DNA from: Squalus acanthias
Taxonomy: Eukaryota
Assembly (NCBI GenBank): GCA_030390025.1
Contig: CM059432.1
Coordinates: 82,524,001 to 82,588,000 of the forward strand
Length of the DNA: 64,000 nt
Direction: 5' to 3'
Shown here: positions 37,974 to 50,678 of the stretch, piece after piece
How the letters are laid out: each line of letters opens with the position of its first letter
How positions within the stretch are numbered: position 1 is the stretch's first letter
The notes under the pieces: generated by a model
The model's input: the letters and a program-made list of their open reading frames with translations, nothing else
Databases searched by the model: none
Told to the model about the DNA's origin: nothing
Made by a program: the position numbers and the translations under genes

Positions 37974-40900
37974 TTTTTTTTATTCGTTCATGGGATGTGG
38001 GCGTCACTGGCAAGGCCAGCATTTATTGCCCATCCCTAATTGCCCTTGAGAAGGTAGTGGTGAGCCGCCTTCTTGAACCGCTTCAGTCCGTAGTCCGTGT
38101 GGTGAAGGTACTCCAATAGAGCAGTTCCAGTATTTTGACCCAGCGACGATATACTTCCAAGTCAGGATGATGTGTGACTTGGAGGGGAACTTGGAGGTGG
38201 TGGAGTTCCCGTGTGCCTTCTGCCCTTGTCCTTCTAGGTGGTAGAGGTCGCGGGTTTGGGAGGTGCTGACGAAGAAGCCTTGGTGAGTTGCTGCTATGCA
38301 CACTCCTTACTTGTGCCTTGTAGATGGTGGAAAGGCTTTGGGGAGTCAGGAGGTGAGACACTCGCCACAGAATACCTAGCCTCTGACCTGCTCTTGCTGC
38401 CACAGTATTTATGTGGCTGGTCCAGTTAAGTTTCTGGTCAATGGTGACCCCCAGGATATTGATGGTGGGGGATTCGGCGATGGTAATGCCGTTGAATGTC
38501 AAGGGGAGGTGGTTAGAGTCTCGCTTGTTGGAGATAGTCATTGCCTGGCACTTCTGTGGTGCAAATGTTACCTGCCACTTATCAACCCAAACCTAAATGT
38601 CATCCAGGTCTTGCTGCATGCGGGCATGGGCTGCATCATAATTTGAGGAGTTGCGAATGGCACTGAACACTGTGCAGTCATCAGCGAACATCACCACTTC
38701 TGACTTTATGATGGAGGGAAGGTCATTGATGAAGCAGCTGAAGATGGTTGGGCCTAGGACACTGCCCTGAGGAACTCCTGCAGCGATGTCCTGGGGCTGT
38801 GATGATTGACCTCCAACCACCACAACCATCTTCCTTTGTGCTAAGTATGACTCCAGCCAGTGCAGAGTTTTTCCCCCCGATTCCCATTGACTTCAGTTTT
38901 ACTATGGCTCCTTGATGCCACACTCAGTCAAATGCTGTCTTGATGTCAAGGGCAGTCACTCTCACCTCACCTCTGGAATTAAGCTCTTTTGTCCATGTTT
39001 GGAACAAGGCTGTAATGAGGTCTGGAGCTGAGTGGTCCTGGAGGAACCCAAACTGAGCATCACTTACTGGTGAGTAAGTGCTGCTTGATAGCACTGTCGA
39101 CGACACCTTCCATCACTTTGCTGATGGTTGAGAGTAAACTGATGGGGCGGTAATTGATCAGATTGGATTTGTCCTGCTTTTTGTGGACAGGACATACATG
39201 GGCAGTTTTCCACATTGTTGGATAGATGCCAGTGTTATAGCTGTTCTGGAACAGGTTGGCTAGAGGCTAGTTCTGGAGCACAAGTCTTCAGCATGACAGC
39301 CAGGATGTTGTCGGGGCCCACCGCCTTTGCTGTATCCAGTACGCACAGCCATTTCTTGATATCACATGGAGTGAATCGAATTGGCTGAAGACTGGCTTCT
39401 GTGGTGGTGGGGACCTCAGGAGGAGGCCGATATGGATCATCCACTCGGCACTTCTGGCTGAAGAGGTTGCAAATGCTTCGGCTTTGTCTTTTGCACTCAC
39501 GTGCTGGGCTCCACCATCATTGAGGATAGGGATATTCATGGAATCTCCTCCTCCCGTTAGTTGTTTAATGGTCCACCACCATTCACGACTCGATGTGGCA
39601 GGACTGCAGAGCTTTGATCTGATCCGTTGATTATGGGATCGCTTAGCTCTGTCTATAGCATGCTGCTTCCACTTTTTAGCATGCATGTAGTCCTGTGTTG
39701 CAGCTTCCCCAGGTTTTAGGTACGCCTGGTGCTGCTCCTGACATGCTCTTCTACGCTCCTTATTGAACCAGGGTTGGTCCCTTGGCTTGATGGTAATGGT
39801 AGAGTGAGGGATATGCCGGGCCATGAGGTTACAGATTGTGGTGGAATACAATTCTGCTGCTGTTGATAGCCCACAGCGCTTCATGGATGCCCAGTTTTGA
39901 GCTGCTAGATCTCATCTGAATCTATCCCATTTAGCACGGTGGTAGTGCCACACAACATGATGGAGGATGTCCTCAGTGTGAAGATGGGACTTTGTCTTCA
40001 CAATGACTGTGCGGTGGTCACTGCTACCAATGCTGTCATGGACAGATGCATCTGCGACAGGTAGATTGGTGAGGACGAGGTCAAGTAGGTTTTTCCCTCG
40101 TGTTGGTTCTCTCACCACCTGTCGCAGGCCCAGACAGGCAGCTATGTCCTTCAGGACTCAGTCAGTAGTGGTGCTACCGAGCCACTCTTGGTGATGGACA
40201 TTGAAGTCCCCCACCCAGAGTACGTTCTGTGCCCTTGCTACTCTCAGTACTTCTTCCAAGTGGTGTTCAACATGGAGGAGTACTGATTCATCAGCTGAGG
40301 GAGGGCAGTAGGTGGTAATCAGCAAGAGGTTTCCTTGCCCATGCTTGACCTGAAGCCATGAGACTTCATGGGGTCCGGAGTCAATGTTGAGGACTCCCAG
40401 GGCCACTCCTTCCCGACTATATACCACTGTGCCACCACCCCTGGTGGGTCTGTCCTGCCGGTGGGACAGGACATACACAGGGATGGTGATGGAAGAGTTT
40501 GGGACATTGGCTTAAAGGTATGATTCTGTGAGTATGAATATGTCAGGCTGTTGCTTGATTAGTCTGTGGGACAGCTCTCCCAATTTTGGCACAAGTCCCC
40601 AGATGTTGGTGAGGAGGACTTTGCAGGGTCGACTGGGTGTGCCGTTGTCGTGTTCGTAGCCGGTGCCGAGTGGTCCGTCTGGTTTTCTTCTTATTGTTTT
40701 TCGTAGCGGTTTATTACAACTGAGTGTTTTTCTAGGCCATTTCAGAGGGCAGTTAAGAGTCAAACCTCATTGCTGTGGGTCTGGAGTCACATATAGGCCA
40801 AACCGGGTAAGGACGGCAGATTTCCTAAAGGTCATTAGTGAACCAGATGGGTTTTTAATGACAATCCGATAGTTTCAAGGTCACCATTACTGATACTAGC

Positions 40901-41035
40901 TTTTTATTCCAGATTTATTTAATTAACTGAATTTAAATTCCCCAGCTGCCGTGGTGGGATTTGAACTCACGTCTCTGGATCATTAGTCCAGGCCTCTGGA
41001 TTATTAGTTCAGTAACATTACCGCTATGCTACCGA
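37974..41035 (-). mobile_element. Apparently full-length CR1/L2-group LINE with tRNA-like 5' head, single EN-RT ORF (degraded) and polyA tail
   Basis: APE motifs (LLTNIWGL, LTESYL, VGDFNVHH, SSDH); RT motifs ([15 protein letters not shown]); A/B boxes at the 5' end; 3' AATAAAAAAAA. Confidence 0.9.
40957..41031 (-). promoter_or_regulatory. tRNA-type internal Pol III promoter (A box and B box)
   Basis: A box TAGCATAGCGG (41031-41021) and B box GTTCAAATCC (40966-40957) on the minus strand. Confidence 0.7.
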
Positions 41036-41629
41036 TCCCACAGGAATCATTGCTGAGACCGTTGCTCTTTATTATTTTTAATTAATGGTCTAGATGTAGG
41101 TGTTGGGGACACGATCTGCAAATTTGCAGATGATACTAATATCTGTGCGAGTGTTAGGACTGCAGATGATGCTCGAAGGCTTCAGGTTGATTCTGATGTA
41201 CTGGGAGATTGGCCTCATGACTGGGAAATTATGTTTAATTTAGAAATGTGCAATATTATGCATGTGGGAAGGGTGAATGTTCAACATACACACACCCTTC
41301 AGGGAAAAGCATTAAAGCAGGTGGCGAAAGAAAGAAATCTGGGCATTCTAGTGCAAACATCTCTAAAGGTACATAAGCAATGCCATGAAGTGATAGCTAG
41401 AACGAAGAGAGTGTTGGCATGCATTCATCGGACAATTGATTATAAGACGAGGCATACTATTTTGTCCTTGCACAAGACCTTGGTCAGGCCTCACTTGGAA
41501 TACTGTTTTGGTCTCATCACATGGTGGGTGATATAGAGGTTCTGGACAGGGTGTAGAGGAGGGCCACTAGACGAATTCCCATTATAAAGCAATAGTTATC
41601 AAGATAGGCTAAAAGAGTTGGGACTCTAC

Positions 41630-41792
41630 CAATGTTCCCTGTAATTTTTGGGGGGCCGCATGGCCCCTTTAACAGACTATGCGGCCCACTCAAAAGTCCA
41701 CGCATGTGCGTTTTCCTCAATTTAAAAGCTGGCTCACCGGCTGCGCGGCACCCCGGAGTGCTGCACAGCCACTCAGCGTAAAGGGAACGTTG
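41630..41792. mobile_element. hAT-type MITE
   Basis: TIR CAATGTTCCCT / AGGGAACGTTG; perfect 8-bp TSD GACTCTAC at 41622-41629 and 41793-41800. Confidence 0.9.
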
Positions 41793-41926
41793 GACTCTAC
41801 ACTTTAGGGTGATCTAATAGAGATTTATAAGATGATGAAGGGAATAGACTGCATTCCAATTGACAGTTTGTTCCAATTAAATAGATTAGGGAGGACCAGG
41901 GGTCACAATTTTAATTTGTACCAGGC

Positions 41927-43668
41927 CAAGTACTTTGGTTCGGTGTTTACTGTGGAGGACACACACAACCTGCCGGAAATAAAAGGGGTCAGAGGATCTG
42001 GTAAGAGGGAGGAGCTGAGGGAAATCCTTATTAGTCGGGAAAAGGTATTGGGAAAATTGATGGGACTGAAGGCTGAAAAATCCCCGGGGCCTGATGGTCT
42101 GCATCCCAGAGTACTTAAGGAGGTGGCCTTGGAAATAGTGGATGCATTGACGATCATTTTCCAACATTCCTTAGACTCTGGATCAGTTCCGATGGAGTGG
42201 AGGGTGGCCAATGTAACCCCTCTTTTTAAAAAAGGAGGGAGGGAGAAAGCAGGGAATTATAGACCGGTCAGCCTGACATCGGTTGTGGGTAAAATGATGG
42301 AAGCAATTATTAAAGATGTCATAACAGACCATTTGGAAAGTGGCGACATGATAGGTCCAAGTCAGCATGGATTTGTGAAAGGGAAATCATGCTTGACAAA
42401 TCTTCTGGAATTTTTTGAGGATGTTTCGAATAGGGTGGACAGGGGGGAACCAGTAGATGTGGTGTATTTGGACTTTCAGAAGGCCTTCGACAAGGTTCCA
42501 CACAAGAGATTGGTGAGCAAAGTTAAAGCACATGGGATTGGGGGTAATGTGTTGACGTGGATTGAGAACTGGTTGGCACACAGGAAACAAAGAGTAGGAG
42601 TAAATGGGTACTTTTCAGAATGGCAGGCAGTGACCAGCGGGGTACCGCAGGGTTCGGTGCTGGGACCCCAGCTGTTTACATTATATATTAATGATTTGGA
42701 CGAAGGGATTAAATGTAATATCTCCAAATTTGCGGATGACACTAAATTGGGAGGCAGTGTGAACAATGAGGAGGATGCTAGGAGGCTACAGAGTGACTTG
42801 GACAGGTTGGGTGAATGGGCAAATGTATGGCAGATGAAGTACAATGTGGATAAATGTGAGGTTATCCACTTTGGTGGTAAAAATAGAGAGGCGGACTATT
42901 ACCTGAATGGTGGCAGATTAGGGAAAGGGGAGGTGCAACGAGACCTGGGCGTCATGGTACATCAGTCATTGAAGGTGGGAATGCAAGTGCAGCAGGCAGT
43001 CAAGAAAGCAAACGGAATGATGGCCTTCATAGTAAGGGGATTTGAGTACAGGAGTAGGGAGGTGATGCTGCAGTTGTACAGGGCCTTGGTGAGGCCACAC
43101 CTGGAGTATTGTGCGCAGTTTTGGTCTCCTAACTTAAGGAAGGACATTCTTGCTATTGAGGGAGTGCAGCGAAGGTTCACTAGATTGATTCCTGGGATGG
43201 CCGGACTGACATATCAAGAAAGATTGGGTCAACTGAACTTGTATCCTCTGGAGTTCAGAAGAATGAGGGGGGATCTTATAGAGACATTTAAAATCCTGAC
43301 TGGTTTAGACAAATTAGATGCGGGCAGAATGTTCCCAATGGTAGGGAAAACTAGAACCAGGGGTCACAGTCTAAGGATTAAGGGGAAGCCATTTAGGACT
43401 GAGCTGAGGAGGAACTTCTTCACCCAGAGAGTGGTGAATCTATGGAATTCTCTTCCACAGAAGGTTGTTGAGGCCAGTTCGCTAAATATATTCAAAAGGG
43501 AGTTAGATATAACACTCACAACTAGGGGGATCAAGGGGTATGGCGAGAAAGCAGGAATGGGGTACTGAGGTAGCATGTTCAGCCATGAACGCATTGAATG
43601 GCGGTGCAGGCTCAAAGGACCGAATGGTCTACTCCTGTACCTATTTTCTATGTTTCTATGTTTCTATG
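41927..43668 (+). mobile_element. Young 5'-truncated CR1 with an uninterrupted RT reading frame
   Basis: Open from KYFGSVFT to the stop at 43568 with all RT motifs intact; (TTTCTATG)3 tail. Confidence 0.95.
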
Positions 43669-43946
43669 ATATAGGTTAGATGTCAGGAGGTGGTTCTTTT
43701 CCCAGCGAATAGTGGACCTATGGAATAGGCTGCTGTTTCGTGCGGTGGACGCCAACTTGCTGAATGCCTTCAAGCAAGAGCTGGAAAGGTTTCTGGCTGG
43801 TGTGGCCATCACCTCTTACAAAAGGTAGGTACTGAAGGAAATTCAGTGGACTAGTGAGCTCCTGGACTAGTTTTGATCGCCTTGATAGGTCGGAGAGGAA
43901 TTTCCCAGAATTTTTTCCCCCAAACTGGCCTGGCTTTTTATCTGTT

Positions 43947-44080
43947 CAGACGAAGGGTCATCAACCTGAAACGTTAACTCTGTTTCTCTCTCCACAGATG
44001 CTACCTAATCTGCTGAGTATTTCCAGCATTTTCTGTTTTTATTTCAGATTTCCAGCATCCGCAGTATTTTGCTTTTGTAT
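43947..44080 (+). mobile_element. Short Penelope-type repeat with a hammerhead-like motif
   Basis: 17-bp TSD CTGGCTTTTTATCTGTT at 43930-43946 and 44081-44097; GACGA-AGGGTCATCAACCT-GAAACGTT core. Confidence 0.7.
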
Positions 44081-44967
44081 CTGGCTTTTTATCTGTTTTT
44101 TTGCCTCTCCCAGGAGATCACGTGGTTTTGGGTGGAGTGTATATGTTGTGATACACAAGGTATCACAATTGTGTGGGATAGGCTGGATGGACCAGAGGGT
44201 CTTTACCTGTCCGTCATTATTTGTATGTTCGTAAAACAAAGCAGATTCTGTTAAAAGAATTGTAAGAGAAATGAGTGGATTGGATTGTTTCCCTTCAATT
44301 TTCTCCCCCTTTCTCTCCCCTCTGCTTCTGAAAGCATCGACTTTTGGTGAAATACTGGTCCACAGGTGCTGATACCTTAACACGTGGCTAGTTCAAGATA
44401 AATAAAACTCTGTGCATTGAGGTATACTTTTTTTTTAATGTACAGCACCACAGCACCAAAACAGACAACACACCAGACCATGAGATGCCAAGTAACAACC
44501 AGTTCAAAGGTTAATGCAGAGACTTTTTTTTTAAGACATCTGGGACTGATGCAATAGCTGTGCCAAAATCCTATCACTGCCATGGCAATTAGCATTTACT
44601 TGCACATGAAGCTGGTAAACTTGCACATAAGTTATTTCAACATTGACAAGTTTGATGGAAATACAAACTGTATTCTATTGATGTGATTTATATCATCAGG
44701 ATAGTTATAAATCAAAATGGCACTTACGAAACATGTTCATGACCTTCAAAATTGGCAAAGATTCCACTTTCTCCTCCAGTTCCACATTATGATGGGAGTG
44801 AAACAAAAACATAAATCAACTTTGTTGTGCTTCTGGTGGAAACTAGTGCTCCCAAAATCATTGAAGCACTGTGTATGATTTTGGACACTGACTCAGGGAA
44901 GTTATAAACTAACTTCTCTCCCACTAGTGCTTTCTGGCTGTAAAATACAACCACATCTGTCTCCTCT

Positions 44968-45428
44968 ATCAGCTGTGGCTCAGTTGGTAGCACTCTCGCC
45001 TCTGAGTCAGAAGGTTGTGGGTTCATAGTCCCACTCCAGAGATTTGAGCACAAAAATCTAGGCTGACACTTCAGTGCAGTGCTGCACTGTTGCAGATGCT
45101 GTCTTTCAGATGAGACATTAGACCGAGGCCCCGTCTGCTCTCCCAGGTGGCGTAAAAGATCCCATGGCCAATATTTCAAAGAAGAGCAGGGGAGTTATCC
45201 CTGGTGTCCTGGCCAATATTTATTCCTCAATCAGCATAACAAAAACAGATTATCTGGTCATTATCACATTGCTGTTTGTGGGAGCTTGCTGTGTGCAAAT
45301 TGGCTGCCGCATTTCCTACATTAGAACAGTGACTGCACTTCAAAAGTACTTCATTGGCTGTAAAGCGATTTGGGATGTCCGGTGGTCGTGAAAAGCACTA
45401 TAGAAATGCAAGTCTTTCTTTCTTTTTT
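44968..45428 (+). mobile_element. tRNA-derived Deu-domain SINE (SacSINE1/AmnSINE1-like)
   Basis: A box TGGCTCAGTTGG; B-box-like GGTTCATAGTCC; Deu-like body (GACCGAGGCCCCGTCTG...AAAGATCCCATGGC); L2-like tail AAATGCAAGTCTTTCTT. Confidence 0.8.
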
Positions 45429-48301
45429 CTCTGTTCTTTCAAGTATTTAAACAGGGTTTAACTTAGAAAATATCTGCCAAGACACATTTCATCCTCACCA
45501 CCATCAAGCTTTTTGAGTTAAATGCTAGTACTACCTCCGATTGGTGGAGGATTTTCCAGTTATGTTTCATTCTGATCCATGTGTCGTGCATCACTCTTCG
45601 GACATTATAGTTTTCGCACTTTGTTTATTAATCCGTAGAAATTTTCAACAAATCAGCTACTGTTATTGTCATCTTTTAAACTGGATCAGTGTTGTTAAAG
45701 CCCATTTCCGACCCTCGCACTCTACAGGAACCAAGAAGCAGTATAAGAACCAATACACTGGATGCTGTATGCACTATACTAAATATACTGAAAGGCGAAG
45801 TAGTGTGAACAACTGGTACAGGAAGAAAGTATCTATGAGTATTGCTCAGTTAGTCATTCACTGATCAACCATAGTGTATCAATAAACTCAAATAATTCTT
45901 TAAAACCTGATGGAGTAATGAAACAATTACTATACCCCTACCCAAACAAAGGAATGGGGACCCCCTAACATGCATTCATATTTTTTGTGTTTTATTAACT
46001 GTTTAGTTGCAATGACCACAAATATGCATTTAATGTGTATCTAGGCAGCAGAGCTAGTTTGTTCACTGAGCTGTTATCCTTATTGCTCGTAATGCATACC
46101 ATAATTCCAAAGCAAACATATTTTCTCATGTAAATCCAAGCTGCTTTCATTAATGTTTGCTCCCACCATCTATGTTTTGTCTAAATATTCTACTAATATG
46201 TAATGGTAATTTCGCTGACCTAGTTTAGAATTAGTACAATGCTAGTGATAGACAGTCCTCTGTGCCCTGGGAAAGGACTGAGTTTTGGACTATCTGTACC
46301 AAAAGCAATCTAGGACTCTCTGAGTCATGGTTATTAATTTACATGGCTTTGCCCACTCAGGCTTGAGAGATTTATCAGCTGTTGTGAGCATCTATGTTCC
46401 ACAAAGACTTACACCTGCAGCTGTTCAGTCTCTCACAGAGAAGAGGAAACAAAATATTAATTTTTCACAGCTACAAGAAGAATAGCGTCTTCTCTGTCAC
46501 AGTTTATAATTGAAGTGGAAAATTATGATTGTGCTGAAACACATAAAATAACTGTTGCTTAGATAAAGGGAAATATTGAATTATTTGTGGCTTTACTGTT
46601 TCTGCCAATAGCATGAAAGTAGCTGATGTATTTCACTGTTACCAACAGTTATATATGTCACTTGGTTTTATAAGCATACACACTGAGATGAATTCAATAC
46701 CTTAAAGAGAAAAGGCATTGAAATTTATCCATACTACATCTTCCATACTGAATTTAGCATGACATGTGTTCTTGCTGTGATATTACAAAGTCCTACCAGT
46801 TAGATTTCCCTGACCTGTATAAGAGGATAACATCTATTTTTGTATTTTCTGTTGGCAGTCTGCACCAAGGGCAGAAAGCACTTCACATCAATACAGTTCA
46901 ACAACTGAATTTGTTATATACCATGAAAGGAAAGTAATTCAACAATCTGAATGTGAAAACTAGTCACACAAAATGTGCAAACAATGAAGTTTCAATACAA
47001 AAAATATCTATTATTAAAAAGGTTTCACAAACGGTTTCAACAGGGCTAGTGTTACATTTATCGCTGCTGAAACATTTGCTCTCACAGGCAGACATAAGTG
47101 AAGGCAGTCCTTCAGCAGCCTCATAAATTATTTGCATGGCGGTTGAAAATTAGACCTTTGAAATTCTTTGGGAGTTAAAGTTACAAGTAGCTCTGTTTAG
47201 AGTGTGTACCAAAATCACAAATTACTGCCTTTTTTTAATTTTGCCAACTATTTTTTTTAAAGTCTTCTCAAGCTACTTACCTTTGCCCATCTCAGAAAGT
47301 AGGCAGGCAGCCTTTTCCAAGGTATCTGTCAATGTTACTTTGTTGCTATGTTGCCATGAAGTGCAGTAAAGCCCTCTAGGGTATCTTCCCCCACTCCCCC
47401 AATAGTATTGCTGCAGCATCCCTGATAGTATTGTGGTACTGTGTGAAGAAATTGCCGCCATGCATTGCAATTGTGCTATATGAAATATTCTATTGTAATA
47501 CCAATGGGTTGTATTACCACATTAATTTTTTAATCTTCTGCGTGCACTACTTACTCTAATGTAATAGACTGTAACATTCACAAGCAAAAGTCCCTCAGTG
47601 TTACAGAATTTACCAAGAATGTGTTACAGTGTGTGAAGCAAAACCTATGAATATTATTGCATAGTCAAGGTCATTTCTGGAATATACCAGGCAATATGTA
47701 ACTTTTGATAATCAGAATATCACAGTCAATAATTATATCCTTTTTATTGCAAAATCACTATCAGTGTTGCACCACGCTCAGCCAATTCAATGAGTACCTC
47801 AAGGAACAGTTATACTCAGTGTTAAATCACAGGGAAGCATGTTCAACTATTGAAAGGAATGGATAGTATTTAATGTATTTGTGCTACTGTACACTCCTGG
47901 CAGATTTTTTTTAGTACAGTATCTTGTCAAGTATATTATTTTGGTAATCTAAGCATACTTGCATTCAATTTCTATTCATGATAACAGAACATTTTTAAAC
48001 TACCGAAATTTCCAGCCTTATGGTAATAATTTAACTACAGTTAAAATAGTGGTACCAGATTTCAAAGCCATGATGATCAAGTGCACATAATTATAGGGAG
48101 GTATTATGTGTATTAACGGATCATCGGGGCCAATGGCCTGTTATTCTGCAAATAATTCAATCTTAAGTCACAATCTTCAAATCAAAAATAAAATCGGCAG
48201 TAAAACACACAGATTCATCAAGTGGAACTTCTACAAGTATTACTTCTTTTACTTCTACAATAGAATATTAAGATATGATGAATAGAGGATACAACAAATT
48301 T

Positions 48302-49705
48302 CATAGAGCCATAGAGTTATACAGCACAGAAAGAGGCCCTTCGGCCCATCGTGTCCGCGCCGGCCATCAAGCCCTGTCTATTCTAATCCATTTTCCAGCA
48401 GTTAGTCCATAGCCTTGTATGCTATGGCGTTTCAAGTGCTCATCTAAATGCTTCTAGAATGTTGTGAGGGTTCCTGCCTCTACCACCCTTTCAGGCAGTG
48501 AGTTCCAGTTTCCAACCACCCTCTGGGTGAAAAAGTTTTTCCTCAAATCCCCTCTAAACCTCCTGCCCCTTACCTTGAAACTATGCCCCCTGGTTATTGA
48601 CCCCTCTACTAAGGGGAAAAGTTCCTTTCTATCTACCCTATCTATGCCCCTCATAATTTTGTACACCTCAATCAGGTCCCCCCTCAGCCTTCTCTGCTCT
48701 AAGGAAAACAACCCCAGCCTGTCCAGTCTCTCTTCATAGCTGAAGCGCTTCAGCCCAGGTAACATCCTGGTGAATCTCCTCTTTGCACCCTCTGCAATGC
48801 AATCACATCCTTCCTATAGTGTGGCGACCAGAACTGCACACAGTATTCCAGCTGTAGCCTAACTAGCGTTTTGTACAGCTCCATCATAACCTCCCTGCTC
48901 TTATATTCTATGCCTCGGCTAATGAAGGCAAGTATCCCATATGCCTTTTTAACCACCTTATCTACGTGTCCTGCTGCCTTCAGGGATCTATGTACATGCA
49001 CACCAAGGTCCCTCTGATCCTCTGTCCTTCCTAGGGTCCTACCATTCATTGTGTATTCCCTTGCCTTGTTAGTCCTCCCAAAATGCATCACCTCACACTT
49101 TTCAGGGTTAAATTCCATTTGCCACTGTTCTGCCCATCTAACCAACCCGTCTATATCGTCCTGTAGCCTGAGGCTTCCCTCCTCGCTATTTACCACTCCA
49201 CCAATTTTCGTGTCATCTGCGAACTTACTGATCATACCTCCTACATTCATATCTAAATCATTAATGTACACTACAAACAGCAAAGGACCCAGCACCGATC
49301 CCTGCGGTACACCACTGGACACAGGCTTCCAGTCACAAAAACAACCTTCGACCATCACCCTCTGCCTCCTGCCACTAAGGCAATTTTGGATCCAATGTGC
49401 CAAGTTGCCCTGGATCCCATAGGCTCTTACCTTCTTGACCAGTCTCCCATGCGAGACTTTGTCAAAAGCCTTACTGAAGTCCATGTAGACCACATCAACT
49501 GCACTACCCTCATCCACACACCTAGTCACCCCCTCGAAAAATTCAATCAAATTGTTCAGACATGATCTCCCCCTGACAAAGCCATGCTGACTATCCTTGA
49601 TTAATCCTTGCTTCTCTAAGTGGAGACTAATTCAGTCCCTCAAATTTTTTCCAATAATTTCCTACCACTGATGTTAGGCTCACTGGCCTGTAATTCCCTG
49701 GTTCA
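48302..49705 (-). mobile_element. CR1 (HER1-like) LINE 3' part
   Basis: RT motifs [10 protein letters not shown] and KFADD; CTCTATG tail. Confidence 0.95.
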
Positions 49706-49876
49706 GTAGCAATACCTCAAAGCAAATTTAGTGCATAAGTGATAAGAAGGCACTGTTAACTGGATTCACTTGAAACCTGTTTATCTCAGCACTCTGCCAA
49801 ATGGGAATGGCCATGTGCTGTATGTGGCCAAACTAAAAACATTTTTGACAAATTGGGTTTAGGATTTAGTTGCATA

Positions 49877-50560
49877 AGGTGTCCACAGATCCTTAAAGGT
49901 AGCAGGACAGGTCGATAAAGTAGTTAAAAAGGCATACGGAATGCTTTCCTTTATTAGCCGAGGCAAAGAATATAAGAGCAGGGCAGTTATGCTAGATCTG
50001 TATAAAACACTAGTTAGGCCACAGCTGTGCAGTTCTGATAACCACATTACAGGAAGGATGTGATTGCACTGGAGAGGGTGCAGAGGAGATTTACGAGGAT
50101 GTTGCCAGGACTGGAAAACTTTAGTTATGAGGAAAGATTGGATAGGGTGGGATTGTTTTCCTTGGAACAAAGGAGGCTGCAGGAAGATTTAATTGAGATG
50201 TATAAAATTATGAGGGGCCTAGATAGAGTGGATATGAAGGATCTATTTCCCTTAGCAGAGGGGTCAAGAACTAGGGGGCATAGATTTAAAGTAGTTGGCA
50301 GAAGGATTAGAGGGGAGATGAGGAAAAATAATTCACCCAGAGAGTGGTAGGGAGTCTGGAACTCACTGCCCGAAAGGGTGGTAGAGGCAGAAACCCTCAT
50401 CATATTTAAAAAGTACTTGGATATGCACTTGAAGAGCCATAACCTACAGGGCTACAGACCGAGTGCTGGAAGGTGGGATTCGGCTGGATAGCTCTTTTCC
50501 GACCAGCACGGACAGGATGAGCCGAATGGCCTCCTTCTGTGTCATAATTTTTCTATGATT
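49877..50560 (+). mobile_element. CR1 3' fragment
   Basis: ALERVQRRFTRMLPGL peptide; TTCTATG tail. Confidence 0.9.
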
Positions 50561-50678
50561 AATCAAAGGCACGAACCAGTAGGTTATCCTCCACAGCACA
50601 ACTTATTGGAGCATTCTTACTCTGATCTACTTTGAGAACTTGAAGTTGGCCGATGGCTGCTGTACATTTGTCACTTAC

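Larger units (their letters stand above)
37470..43930 (+). mobile_element. Older CR1 LINE hosting three nested insertions
   Basis: NYRPISLTS at ~37600; the SGV|PQ motif is split at 37974/41036; KFADD at ~41120; continues after 43668. Confidence 0.85.

Noticed and set aside
40940..41035. Possible genuine tRNA gene
   Set aside because: A/B boxes are present, but there is no clean cloverleaf or downstream T-run, and it is contiguous with the LINE.
1..50678. Further SLCO5A1 exons
   Set aside because: No minus-strand peptide resembling the next OATP segment was found in the ORF track or by eye; small exons could have been missed.
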